Shown one piece after another: positions 20,986-32,271 of a stretch of 32,271 nt of DNA. Positions within the stretch are counted from its first letter, which is position 1. Every line of letters begins with the position of its first letter. Position numbers and translations under genes: made by a program. Location: assembly GCA_002269645.1 (NCBI GenBank), contig NIVC01004098.1, positions 1 to 32,271 on the forward strand, written 5' to 3'. Below the pieces are notes generated by a model, which saw only the letters and a program-made list of their open reading frames with translations, ran no database searches and was not told the DNA's origin. The DNA comes from Macrostomum lignano. Taxonomy: Eukaryota.

Positions 20986-23200
20986 TTTTGAAGGGGGGCC
21001 CAACTGAGTGAGCCGGGTGTTCTGGCTGGGCTTCTTGTGGCAGAGCGCATTAAACCTTGCCCGGTAATACTGATAAGATAAGCAGCTACAGTCTCTCCAC
21101 CACGCTCCGTCCCCCTTTTCACTATGCTCCTTTCTGTCACTTGTTTCAGCAGAAATTTATGACACTGAACTTGAAAGCAAATGCCTACATACTTTTTAAA
21201 TTAATGAAGCTGGATTTAACAGGGTAATTTATTGGTTTATACAGTTGGTTAAGTTTGAAGCATAGTCTTGTACCGTAGTCCCTGGGTTCGATTCCGAATT
21301 AATTTTAGGTTCGTGCCCATGATTACACCGATAATGGCCACGCCAAACACAAGCCACAGATTGTGTAAATGCCTGACAACGACCGAGAAGTCAGAGTCGA
21401 GAAGGCAGAAAGAGCATAACTGTCTCTTTGATTTGCGGATTTTTACATATTTGAGCCCCCGGCCTAGCATGTTCACCTACTGAAGCAGCATTAACAGTTT
21501 TATTACCCTGCCAGCCCTACAATAGCGCTATCCGCTGAGCCAGAGCTACTACTAAAAAAGTAAACTGCAGTGTAAAAACAGTGCAGTGTAGCTTCATGGC
21601 TAGACTTATCGACCTTGGGTTCAGGATGAGTTAAGTTAAGTAAATTTTACCCTACAATTTTAACAAACTGAAACCTCTCGTACTAGTGACAAACTCTGCT
21701 TCAATTTCGGCAATCAATAGCAGGACATGACGAAAATACTATCAATTTTGACGAACCAGTCAGACAGTCAATTTTAACTCTGAACGGCGATGCAGCATTG
21801 TTACGAGTATCGAAAACGTTAGCAGTCACAATGACGCTGAAGACTTCGAACTTCCAGGTCTGATCGAGATCAACCGACTGGCAGTCTACGGCCCATATTC
21901 TTGACACCTATAGATAACGCTATCTCTTGCTGGAAGGCAGCTCTGAAGCCTGGATCCAAGTTTGACTTCATCCAGCCCATGTTGTATTACAATTCAACTT
22001 ATATTGGAACTAGTCTTAAATTCAAAGTCTATTAATTGGTGTTTCAAGAACAGCTTTAAACGAAGAAATAGGACGAATGCATTATGCGTTAACTTTGAAC
22101 CAACATCCAGCAGACATTGAGCTCCTTCTGTTTGACTTACGGTCCGTTCAAATTTAATTTAGACTGTCTGATGTAGAAGTGGTAATAGATTGTCGCTATT
22201 GAGCGAAGTTTTTCACCATAAGAAAACTTAAAGGTACAACCAAAGATTAATGAAGCCGCGAAGTGTAGAGTGCCAATCTGGGGTAAAACTTGAAGCAGGT
22301 TTTCGAATTTCGCCCACTCGTATCAACCAAGGTCACCAGCTTATACGAGTCCTCAGCCGTTTGCGGCCTAATAAAGTACTTCTCCCCCTGTATCTGTTGC
22401 AAATAGTCTATAGTCAAAGGCTTCTAGGTTGTAATCTGAGTTCCGGCCTGTTGTACACAGAGTAGGCGTATAATAATTACAAAGTCGCTATTCAAAAGGC
22501 GCAAATCGAGCCGAAGGCTACGCGACTCTACGAGTGCATCCGCATACCAGAAAAGATCCCGGTTTGTACAAATCGGAAGTACAGAGTCTAAATTCCTTTT
22601 CGGTGGGGAGTTTTGAAACCAAAAGCTATGAAGCGATCTACTTGGAGATTACTATGAATATTATTACATCATTACGACTTTGTCCGCATCTCGTACTGAG
22701 TCTGTAGGGTCGCGAGCACTCATGTTTAGAATTGGAACTTTTTTGTTTTAGAACTAATTTCAGTCAGAGTCCATGGCAGCAGCGACAGCAGCCACTATTT
22801 TTCCATTGACTGGGCCCGCAGCTTTTCCGTCCATGGAGGTCGCATGCTTCATAGGGGCTAAAAGCACAAGTGCCATCATTTTGAAAAAAAAACTATCGAA
22901 TGAAATGAATTGGCATTGCCCCATTGTTCCACTTTAGCATTCCTCTCAGGCTTAAGTTGCGATAAATTTCTCAGAAATTCTATCCGCTCGTAAAAAGTTT
23001 AAAAAATGTTGGAGAGCGCGACAATGCTTGAAGTGCAGTTGCATTTTCAGCATAAAACAAATCTAACGAATTCCGAGACATTATTTTCATTCTCCGGGAT
23101 TTCATCTGGTAATATTCTGTAGTATAGCGGAAAATCGTGATCTCGATGTTTTATGAGATGAAAAATACCTTTATCGGGATATATAACTTCGGCCCTCGGG

Positions 23201-23458
23201 ATTTATTCCCACTTGGTCCCGGCCTTAGACTACAGTATCTAGATAACTATTTATTCCCCACTTGGTCCCGGCCATAGACTACAGAAATGTATTTATTCCC
23301 CACTTGGTCCCGGCCATAGACTACAGAAATGTACTTATTCCCCACTTGGTCCCGGCCATAGACTACAGAAATGTATTTATTCCCCACTTGGTCCCGGCCA
23401 TAGACTACAGAAATGTACTTATTCCCCACTTGGTCCCGGCCATAGACTACAGAAATGT
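23201..23458 (+). repeat. 42-bp minisatellite, 5 full copies plus 1 degenerate
   Basis: Unit A(T/C)TTATTCCCCACTTGGTCCCGGCCATAGACTACAGAAATGT starts at 23249, 23291, 23333, 23375 and 23417. There are no spacers. Confidence 0.95.
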
Positions 23459-24096
23459 TTTTGGCTCGTATTGGGAGTTTTATTGCAAAAGGCCAAATAC
23501 ATGTAAATGCGTACGATTAAGATTAAGAGATTAAGATACGGTTAAGAATGAATCTCTAATTTTTACAAAGCTATAAAAAAGTCAATGCAGAAGTGAGACA
23601 TAGTCAATGCAGAAGCTATACAAACAGATAAACTTACATTCGATCTGACTAAAACAAAAACTATGGCTACTTTTGTGTGAAAAATTCAATTTTCCTCTAC
23701 CCGCAGTGTGCTTTTTTTCCAGAAAAAAATCTACCCCTCCCTCAAATGTCCTACTAAGTTGTCCTTGATTGTATCAATGAAAACTTTCGCTTTTACTATT
23801 CATTGTTACGAGCTAAAATCCCCTTCGTATGTTACCCGACTGGGACAATAGTAAAACGTTGTGCCTACTGCAGCCTATTCTCACTGGACAGCGGCAAATG
23901 GTCAGTTGAAATCTCTTGCCCCTATATGAGATCATCATCAGCACCCACCGGGTTGCCAATCGTGAGTACGGATGAATGGCTAATGAGAATCTCCTCATTT
24001 TTAAAATTAGATAGAAGATCACTGGTGATACTTCGCGGCAGAATTGCTCTCTACGTAACCGTAGTGTATCAGGGAGCAGAGTAGCTGTAGTATTCC

Positions 24097-25161
24097 ATGG
24101 TGAAAATAGCGCAATTGCGCAAGGGGCTGCTCAGGTGCAGCTTGTGCTTACTTGTTAGCCTAACAATTTTCTACTGTTTATTCGAACGCAATTCCGTGCA
24201 TTCGGTCAACATCGAAGCGCCGACCCTCCCAGATGAGGAGGTTGCATCCGCACTGAACCGCCTGCGCAGCGGTGGCGTCCCCTGCAGCCAAGTCCAGAAC
24301 ATGTTCTTTGACCGCATACCGCCTGTGATCCACTGGACCAACAGGGACGACCAAGTGCTGGCCAAGCATTGCAACCTGGTTTTGTCCTGGCCGGCTCATC
24401 TGGCCGAATCAGCCGCCTACATGCTGTGGGACGATGCCAAAATTGAGCATCTATTGATGCGTCACTATCCCGAACTCTGGAAGCGCTACAAGCACCTAGG
24501 CGCAGGCATATTGCGCTCCGATCTGGGCCGACTGGCTATCGTTCACCATGTCGGCGGGGTCTACACGGACTTGGACGTGAAGTTGCTGCGCGATTTCTTG
24601 CCGTTATTGAAAAACCACTCGTCCCTATGGTCGCAGGAGCCGTGGGAGCACGCGAACTATTTGTACGGCCGGAGAGAGATGCTGAGCAATGCGCTTTTTA
24701 TGAGCCGAGCGAAGGACCCATTTTTAGAGTACGTGTTGCGCGCCTGGCCCGACTGGTTCGACCGCACTTGGCTTCGCAAACCGGGGAACCACTTGGCCAA
24801 CTCGTTGTCAGCCGTGGCAATGACCGGGCCGGTCATGCTGAACCACTTCATGGACGAATACAGGCGGATTCACGGCAACAGCACACCGACATTGGCCAAG
24901 CCGGATGCGTTTCAGCCCTGGTGGGACGCAACCTCGATACCGCTCTTTCTTAGAAAAGACTGCGTCTTTACAGCTGTCATGAAACCGAAAGAGCGGCAGC
25001 GTTGCTTGGAGACGCGCGGCGCCAAGTTCGTTGCACGAAGCATTCCGGCCGACTCTTATGCTATTCACCTTTACTTGCACACCGGCTACGGAGCTCCCTT
25101 GAACTATTCCGGAGCTAAAAAATTCAAATTGCTGCTAAATGCGAGTTCTTGCATAGTGTAG
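24097..25161 (+). CDS. GT32 family glycosyltransferase (DXD sugar-binding; OCH1/SUR1-like), type II membrane, 354 aa, intronless
   Basis: N-terminal TM anchor CSLCLLVSLTIFYCLF. Motifs IPPVIHWT, YMLWDD...YPEL, RSDLGRLAIVHHVGGVYTDLD (DLD at 24568-24576), NALFMS...PFL and MTGPVML. Confidence 0.88.
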   Translation: MVKIAQLRKGLLRCSLCLLVSLTIFYCLFERNSVHSVNIEAPTLPDEEVASALNRLRSGGVPCSQVQNMFFDRIPPVIHWTNRDDQVLAKHCNLVLSWPAHLAESAAYMLWDDAKIEHLLMRHYPELWKRYKHLGAGILRSDLGRLAIVHHVGGVYTDLDVKLLRDFLPLLKNHSSLWSQEPWEHANYLYGRREMLSNALFMSRAKDPFLEYVLRAWPDWFDRTWLRKPGNHLANSLSAVAMTGPVMLNHFMDEYRRIHGNSTPTLAKPDAFQPWWDATSIPLFLRKDCVFTAVMKPKERQRCLETRGAKFVARSIPADSYAIHLYLHTGYGAPLNYSGAKKFKLLLNASSCIV

Positions 25162-26551
25162 GCATGCATTGATTTATTATCCGGGCATAAATTCATATTT
25201 TAATGCGAATTAGTTTCGTCTATACTCTCGTATTTTTCAATCAATTTAATCATGTCTACAATCTTCTACAACAGTACAACAAATCAATTTACTCGCGCGA
25301 CCCTGGATATCCAGGTCCCTTCCCCAATGACTCATCGGATGACTCATCCCTTACGCCAAACCCACTCCTTTTCATCCACCACAATCTGCGTGCTATTGTT
25401 CGAAGTCACTAAAGCAATTATCTGTCGAAATCACTGATTCCCGATCAGGTGACTTCCCATTTCGCTCACCCCCTAAGTCGCACAACCCATTTCATTAGCC
25501 AATCACAGCACAGCTAGGAAGGTGACGTCAATCTGCTGCTAGTTAATGCAGGTCAAGGATAGTTCAAAGGCGTTCTGTTCTGATCATGCATCACGCACGT
25601 GATGCGCGATCCCGAATCTATATACGAGCTGCTTTCCCCAATTTTTTCACAAATTGGCTCAGCACCTGGTTCGTCTTAAATACCCGATCAGGCAAAGCAT
25701 CCCCCAAAGCTACCTCTCTTCCCCTGTAATTAATTTTTTAAATCGACTTTATATTGATTTAAGGATCACCACTAATCTTTCCATCATCTGGTTTGCTTAC
25801 TCCTTTCACGGATCCCACGTCACAACAAAGAAAAAGTCTCACGTCCCAATTTTCAACAATTCGAGCGCTAGCAGCATCGCCAGAGTATTGAACTGTCCGG
25901 ATCGATCGCATCCACCGGTGCCGAGCGATTCATCTACCTGCCGTGCTGACTTAAGGTATTTCATTGTTATACATTACTGCAGTGCTTATACAGCAATCCG
26001 ACGTCGGCAACGTGGGCCGACGTTTCCGACGTTTATCGACCGAAACCTCCCAGCTTATCACAGGCAAATTGATACTCGCGGTCGTCCTTGTGGTACTTTT
26101 ACATTACACCGATGGTTGGCCGACGTATCCATCGGATTAATGTAAAAATGCTTATCTGCTAGCGACGTCCGATTACGTCTGGTATGTTGGCGGATTTCGC
26201 AATGTTGCACGGGTTGTGAGTGTTTTTATTCATTCAAGGTTGTCCAATGCTCGAATGCATCGTCAATAAATATTAAATAAACAGTTGTTTTTTAATCAAA
26301 CCATAGACCCATTTCTCAAATTGCTTTTAACTCAAATCTTAATGATTTCCAGCTATATTCTGAGCGAGTAAGTGTGTTTGTTTCCACAACTGTGGAGGAA
26401 AATTAGAGGTTCAGATAATGTAATAAAAATACATCAAATATCAATCTGTATGCCAAATTAACGTACATAGCCAGTCCCAAGGATGACTTAAGTAGAAGGA
26501 CGGGAAACCTTGTTACTTAGAAAATTTTTGGCAAGTTTTCCCGAAAAAATA

Positions 26552-26796
26552 CACTACGGAGATAGGAAGTTTTCATTTTTTCAGCACAAAAATTGCTATT
26601 GCTTTTGATAGGAGGCAGATCCAGTGTTCATCTTTTGATTTGTTGTGCTGTAAACCGAGCAAAACAAATATGAATATCGATAGAGCAATAAGAAGAAAGG
26701 CACAACATATCAAAAGATGAACACTGAATCTGCCTCCTATCAAAAGCAATAGCAATTTTTGTGCTGAAAAAATGAAAACTTCCTATCGCCGTAGTG
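26552..26796. mobile_element. 245-bp foldback MITE with CACTACGG...CCGTAGTG ends and TA flanks
   Basis: Arms 26549-26648 and 26700-26799 are near-perfect 100-bp inverted repeats around a 51-bp spacer. TA lies at 26550-26551 and 26797-26798. Confidence 0.9.
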
Positions 26797-28293
26797 TATG
26801 CATTTGACTACTGTACTACCTACTGCTATTCAATTAACAATTAAATCCTCCATCGACTAGCTTCTATTGAGACGAAATTACCGGTGCTGAACGACCGATA
26901 GTGAAAAAAACAAAAGCTCCAAAAGATATCACTGGAAGTTTTATTACTTGTTCTTGCTTTTGATATCTCTATTTAATTTTTCTGAAAAAAACATTGAGAG
27001 GCATTTTTTAAAGCTGCGATAGACAAAAAAGAAACATTTTTATGATTCCGCGCTTTAGATATTCATTGAAAACAAACGCCTCAGGTATTAGTTGCACTTA
27101 GATATGACTTTTAAAGAGGTATCAGCGATGTTGTTGTGATGTAGACTTGCTGTACCCTTCCACTTCGTTTTCCGTATGCAAAATTTATCGAATGTTTCAT
27201 ACATTCTGGATGGAGAGCTGCTTGGTAGATTAAAAAAAATTGTGAAAGCAGTTGTTTTTAACAGCCCTAAAAAGTTATCTGATTCCAGATGTGCACAAAA
27301 GATATTTTTCAATTATAACATAACGTTACTTTTTAGGCACTAATCTGCGCATAAAGTTATTTTAAGTTTTATACTTTATAGAGCCTTTTAGATGAATAAT
27401 CAGTTTTTTTGTCATGCACATATTTTGTATTGTTTGTATAGAGAAGTATTAACAATGTTTTAGGCTTTGATGAAAAAATAATGACAATCAAATATTTCTC
27501 TTTTTGTTTGTTGATCATGTGCTATTATTTATTTCTAAGGTGTACCTTAGATTTTTGTCTGGAATCCTAATACTAATTTTTTAATAAAGGAACTAACAAG
27601 TTTTAAATTTAAAGTATATTCAAATTCATGCATTTGTTCTATTCCTAACGAGAATTTGTTCTTGTTGTTTCAGTTTATTTTTATAATGTGTGTAATAATT
27701 CTTAGATTTATACTGCAATAAATCAGCAATGCATAGAATTATTATTTTGTATTTAGAATTTTTTGTTAATTGCATGTTGGTCTACAGAAACTAATAGAAA
27801 TTAAATATATTTCATTAGGCCTTAGGCCCTAGGATTATAGCACTCTTGTGTACAATGACAATGTTTAGTTAAGAATACTTTGAAGTAGTTCTTTTATCAA
27901 CCTTGAAATGCAAGTTTAAAGTCTATACTACTATGTCTATAAAACTGTCAGAACATATCTTTCTCAATTATGGCTATATGTCTCTATTTTGTCAGATCTC
28001 ACTTATGTGTCTTTTGGGATATTTTAGCGAAAATTCAATGATTTCAATAATAGGGCTAGTTGTGGGATAGTTTTCATCTTCATTTTATTTCACCCCTCAT
28101 CGAATCTACATTTTCAGGTTAAACTTTATTTAGCTTAGTATAGTAAGCACTATCTAAAAGGACAATCTATATCTATAAAACACTCTTCGAATTCGCTTGT
28201 CTCGCCCTCGCCATCTACGCTTCAGAAAAGATACTCGTAGAATTCTGCTTTGGGTGGGGTGGAAAAGCTCGTGTTCGTTTTTCCCACTCCCAA

Positions 28294-28503
28294 CCCCCCC
28301 CCCCCATTTCGTCTCCTTCCCTTTTCCGCCCTCTCCTCCGCTGCCGAAGCTTGATGCGATTCTCAGTTTGACTGCAGCAGCAGCAGCAGGGGCAGGCATT
28401 GCGGGGGTGGTCAGCTAGACGGCCAGCAGCAGCAATCTCTGAGCTAAACACACGGCTTCGTTGCTAAGACTGACTGATCGACCGGGCTGGGGGGGGGGGG
28501 GGG
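28294..28503. repeat. C12, (CAG)n and G15 simple tracts upstream of the G-alpha gene
   Basis: C12 at 28294-28305, a CAG run near 28375-28389 and G15 at 28489-28503. Confidence 0.85.
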
Positions 28504-29075
28504 TTGGCGCCGTCAGTGCCTCCTTCTCCTCCTTCCTTCTCTCTTTCCCTCGCCTTTAGTCCCTGACTCCCTGCCTTGTGACGGCTGCATTGAGGACTAC
28601 CGCGGATAGGTCAGAGGGAGCTGCATGAGTGAGTAGAGGCGCTGCGGCCACTTGAGTATCAACACTCTCTGCCTTCCTCCTCTCCTCTGTCCTCTCTCCC
28701 CTACCCAAGGAACTTTCAGAATGAAAATAGGCTTTAGGGTGTGGGGAAGAGAGAGAGCGCTGAATAGGGCTACAGCCGTGCACCGTGCATCCCATTTCAA
28801 TAATCTCTCTCCCAAGGGAAGGGAAGGCAGAGGGAAGCTAACAAATGAAGCCTGTATTGCCGCCGCCAACCCCAGCTTGGCGTATCGATCCGGATTATTT
28901 CTCTATCCCTCCTCCCAGAGAGCCTCCCTAGAATACGGTGCGCGGCAGCAGCGAGGGAGGAGCATGGGAAGAAGGGAACAGGGGGGAATACGACCTACTA
29001 GGGGAGGAAATTCGCAGTGTACACTCTTAGCCAATATAGTGTATATTTTAGTTGTCTTATATGCCTAGCCCTGTG

Positions 29076-29110
29076 TATATATATAAGCGCCAGTCCTGGC
29101 CGCACTCAGC
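29076..29110 (+). promoter_or_regulatory. Candidate TATA box plus initiator for the G-alpha gene
   Basis: TATATATATAAG at 29076-29087 and TCAG at 29106-29109, about 28 nt after TATATAAG and about 270 nt before the ATG. No transcript evidence. Confidence 0.3.
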
Positions 29111-29373
29111 AGTAAACTATTTGGATTTTTAGCTTAGCGGCATCATAGAAATCAGATTTTCAAATTGTTTTAACTAAACTTAAACAAACAATAAATGCAG
29201 TTCAGTATGCCGAGTACTATGAAAAATTTCTACTGCAAAAGTTAAATTCAATTTCGATAAACCTGCTTCTTAATTTTGTGTTTGATTTGTTAACCACTCT
29301 ATTGATAACTTACAGCGCTAATTAGCACATCAAAATTTATTTAGCAGATAACAACAGTACATTTATTATAAAA

Positions 29374-30278
29374 ATGGGTTGTACTTTGAGTGCGGAAGAG
29401 CGTCAGGCTATGGAACAGTCCAAGACTATTGATCGACGGTTGAAGGAGGATGGAGTCCAGGCTGCTAAGGATATCAAACTCCTGTTGCTGGGTGAGCGTT
29501 GCTGGCTTGGATAAATTGGTGTTTTTTGTATGTCGCTGCTTGGTCTGTTAGTCTCTTTTTATCTCATCATCTCACACTGTAATCTTAGAATCTCATCATG
29601 TAACCTCAGAATCTCACACTGTAATATAAAAATCTCACCCTGTGATATCAGAATCTCACCTTGTGATATCAAAATCTCACCCTGTGATATCAAAATCTCA
29701 CCCTGTAATATCAGAATCTCATCATGTAATCTCAGAATCTCATTATGTAATCTCGGAATCTCATCATGTAATCTCAGAATCTCATTATGTAATCTCGGAA
29801 TCTCATCATGTAATCTCAGAATCTCATCATGTAACCTCAGAATCTCACACTGTAATATAAAAATTTCCCCCTGTGATATCAGAATCTCATTATGTGATCT
29901 CAGAATCTCATTATGTAATCTCGGAATCTCATCATGTTATCTCAGAATCTCATTGTGTAATCTCGGAATCTCACCCTGGTACCTCAGAATCTCATTGTGT
30001 AATCTCGGAATCTCACCCTGTACCTCAGAATCTCACCCTGTAATATCAGAATCTCATCATGAAACCTCAGAATCTCACCCTGTAATCTCAGAATCTCATC
30101 ATGTAATCTCAAAATCTTATCATGTAATCTCGGAATCTCACCCTGTTACCTTAGAATCTCCCTCTTTAACTCCCTCTTCATTCCATAGTATTAGGCGTCG
30201 TGTCTGACCTCTCCGCCTCCAATCCAAATCTGCAGGTGCGGGCGAGTCTGGCAAGAGCACCATCGTCAAGCAGATGAA
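29374..30278 (+). CDS. GNAO1: Heterotrimeric G protein alpha subunit, Go class, exons 1-2 (partial; continues beyond the window)
   Basis: Exon 1 29374-29491 (118 nt) and exon 2 30236-30278 (43 nt) give [54 protein letters not shown], with the Gly2/Cys3 lipidation motif and the GAGESGKS P-loop. Exon sizes match the conserved Gi/o structure. Confidence 0.95.
29561..30160 (+). repeat. Degenerate 21-bp minisatellite (TGTAATCTCAGAATCTCATCA-like) in G-alpha intron 1
   Basis: 21-nt periodicity with internal AATCTC sub-repeats, bounded by the GTGAG donor (29492) and TGCAG acceptor (30235). Confidence 0.92.
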
Positions 30279-30540
30279 GTAAGCCATTGATTTCTTGCCT
30301 GGTTTGCGGACATATTTTAATAGCCAAGACTGCGGGTTGGAGCTAAAATAGTGCTCAACAGACCAAGAAAGCTCTTTACTTCTTTTGCACCCTGACATGC
30401 TTGGCCAACGATGGAGACAAGCGCCTGAGCTATAATTGAGTCTCTTGTCTGATCGATTCCACTGGGTGTGCCGATTTCCCATCCGTGAAAGGCTATCGAC
30501 CCTATCCTTTAGGGCTTCCTGCGCTCCCTGAAATCCATCA

Positions 30541-32271
30541 GTGAGTCACTGCCAATCCCTGTGTGTCACTGCCCATCTCTGTGTGTCAGTGCCCATCCCT
30601 GTGGGTCACTACCCATCTCTGTGTGTCACTACCCATCTCTGTGTGTCAGTGCCCATCTCTGTGTGTCAGTGCCCATCTCTGTGTGTCAGTGCCCATCCCT
30701 GTGGTCACTGCCATCCCTGTGTGTCAGTGCCCATCCCTGTGGGTCACTGCCATCTCTGTGTGTCAGTGCCCATCTCTGTGTGTCACTACCCATCTCTGTG
30801 TGTCACTGTCCATCCCTGTGTGTCACTGCCCATCTCTGTGTGTCAGTGCCCATCCCTGTGGGTCACTACCCATCTCTGTGTGTCACTACCCATCTCTGTG
30901 TGTCAGTGCCCGTCTCTGTGTGTCAGTGCCCATCTCTGTGTGTCAGTGCCCATCCCTGTGGGTCACTGCCAATCCTGTGTGTCAGTGCCCATCCCTGTGG
31001 GTCACTGCCCATCTCTGTGTGTCAGTGCCCATCTCTGTGTGTCACTACCCATCTCTGTGTGTCAGTGCCCATCTCTGTGTGTCAGTGCCCATCTCTGTGT
31101 GTCAGTGCCAATCCCTGTGTGTCACTGCCCATCTCTGTGTGTCAGTGCCCATCCCTGTGGGTCACTACCCATCTCTGTGTGTCACTACCCATCTCTGTGT
31201 GTCAGTGCCCATCTCTGTGTGTCAGTGCCCATCTCTGTGTGTCACTACCCATCTCTGTGTGTCACTGCCCATCTCTGTGTGTCAGTGCCCATCCCTGTGT
31301 GTCACTACCCATCTCTGTGTGTCACTACCCATCTCTGTGTGTCAGTGCCCATCTCTGTGTGTCAGTGCCCATCTCTGTGTCAGTGCCCATCTCTGTGTGT
31401 CAGTGCCCATCTCTGTGTGTCAGTGCCCATCCCTGTGGGTCACTGTCCATCTCTGTGTGTCAGTGCCCATCTCTGTGTGTCAGTGCCCATCTCTGTGTGT
31501 CAGTGCCAATCCCTGTGTGTCACTGCCCATCTCTGTGTGTCAGTGCCCATCCCTGTGGGTCACTACCCATCTCTGTGTGTCACTACCCATCTCTGTGTGT
31601 CAGTGCCCATCTCTGTGTGTCAGTGCCCATCTCTGTGTGTCACTACCCATCTCTGTGTGTCACTGCCATCTCTGTGTGTCAGTGCCCATCCCTGTGTGTC
31701 ACTACCCATCTCTGTGTGTCACTACCCATCTCTGTGTGTCAGTGCCCATCTCTGTGTGTCAGTGCCCATCTCTGTGTCAGTGCCCATCTCTGTGTGTCAG
31801 TGCCCATCTCTGTGTGTCAGTGCCCATCCCTGTGGGTCACTGTCCATCTCTGTGTGTCAGTGCCCATCTCTGTGTGTCAGTGCCCATCTCTGTGTGTCAG
31901 TGCCAATCCCTGTGTGTCACTGCCCATCTCTGTGTGTCAGTGCCCATCCCTGTGTGTCACTACCCATCTCTGTGTGTCACTACCATCTCTGTGTGTCAGT
32001 GCCCATCTCTGTGTGTCAGTGCCCATCTCTGTGTCAGTGCCCATCTGTGGGTCACTGCCAATCCCTGTGTGTCACTGCCCATCCCTGTGTGTCACTGTCC
32101 ATCCCTGTGTGTCACTGCCCATCCCTGTGGGTCACGGCCAATCCCTGTGTGTCACTGCCATCCCTGTGTGTCACTGTCCATTCTCTGTGTGTCACTGTCC
32201 ATCCCTGTGTGTCACTGCCAATCCCTGTGTGTCACTGCCTATCCCTGTGTGTCACTGTCCATCCTGTGTGT
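30541..32271 (+). repeat. 20-bp minisatellite (GTGTGTCAGTGCCCATCTCT), over 80 copies, in G-alpha intron 2, running off the window
   Basis: 20-nt periodicity with recurrent variants (CACTACCC, CACTGCCC, ATCCCT, GTGGGT, GCCAAT). Confidence 0.97.

Noticed and set aside
21700-21905. Possible decayed F5/8 or fucolectin-like exon (..LIEINRLAVYGPY)
   Set aside because: It needs a frameshift, has no clear splice partners and the similarity is only impressionistic.
23201-23458. CRISPR-like appearance of the 42-bp repeat, and ORFs 23247..23429 and 23262..23534
   Set aside because: The units are contiguous with no unique spacers, there are no cas genes and the context is eukaryotic. The ORFs are repeat translations.
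25654-29068. ORFs 25654..26145, 28154..28451 and 28556..29068
   Set aside because: Non-ATG or low-complexity frames without motifs, probably intergenic or promoter sequence.
1-32271. A prokaryotic operon, defence system, tRNA or rRNA gene
   Set aside because: The genes are spliced and metazoan, and no cloverleaf or rRNA-like sequence was recognised.

Overview
Eukaryotic (animal) genomic DNA, not prokaryotic: GC-rich exons, spliceosomal introns and AT-rich spacers. It gives the impression of a free-living flatworm such as Macrostomum, but that is unverified. Splicing the ORF track by hand gives eight gene models: (1) a secreted C-type lectin plus PAN/apple-like protein; (2) a single-pass membrane protein with a 12-aa Pro/Ala/Thr/Lys repeat, joined through a GC-AG intron; (3) a 4-exon, ~732-aa protein I cannot assign; (4) a DEG/ENaC channel subunit; (5,6) two tandem RING-less B-box-like/coiled-coil/NHL paralogs; (7) an intronless GT32 (DXD) glycosyltransferase; (8) exons 1-2 of a G-alpha-o gene whose introns contain large minisatellites. 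Mobile DNA comprises two head-to-head Crypton-like tyrosine-recombinase remnants, a LINE 3' end, two TA-flanked MITEs and a possible Helitron-like end. Six apparent frameshifts in four host genes are all repaired by adding one base, most likely from assembly indels. I found no convincing novel multi-gene system. The best leads are the divergent Crypton pair, the degenerate TRIM-NHL-like pair, the orphan gene and the unusual motifs in the channel and the lectin.
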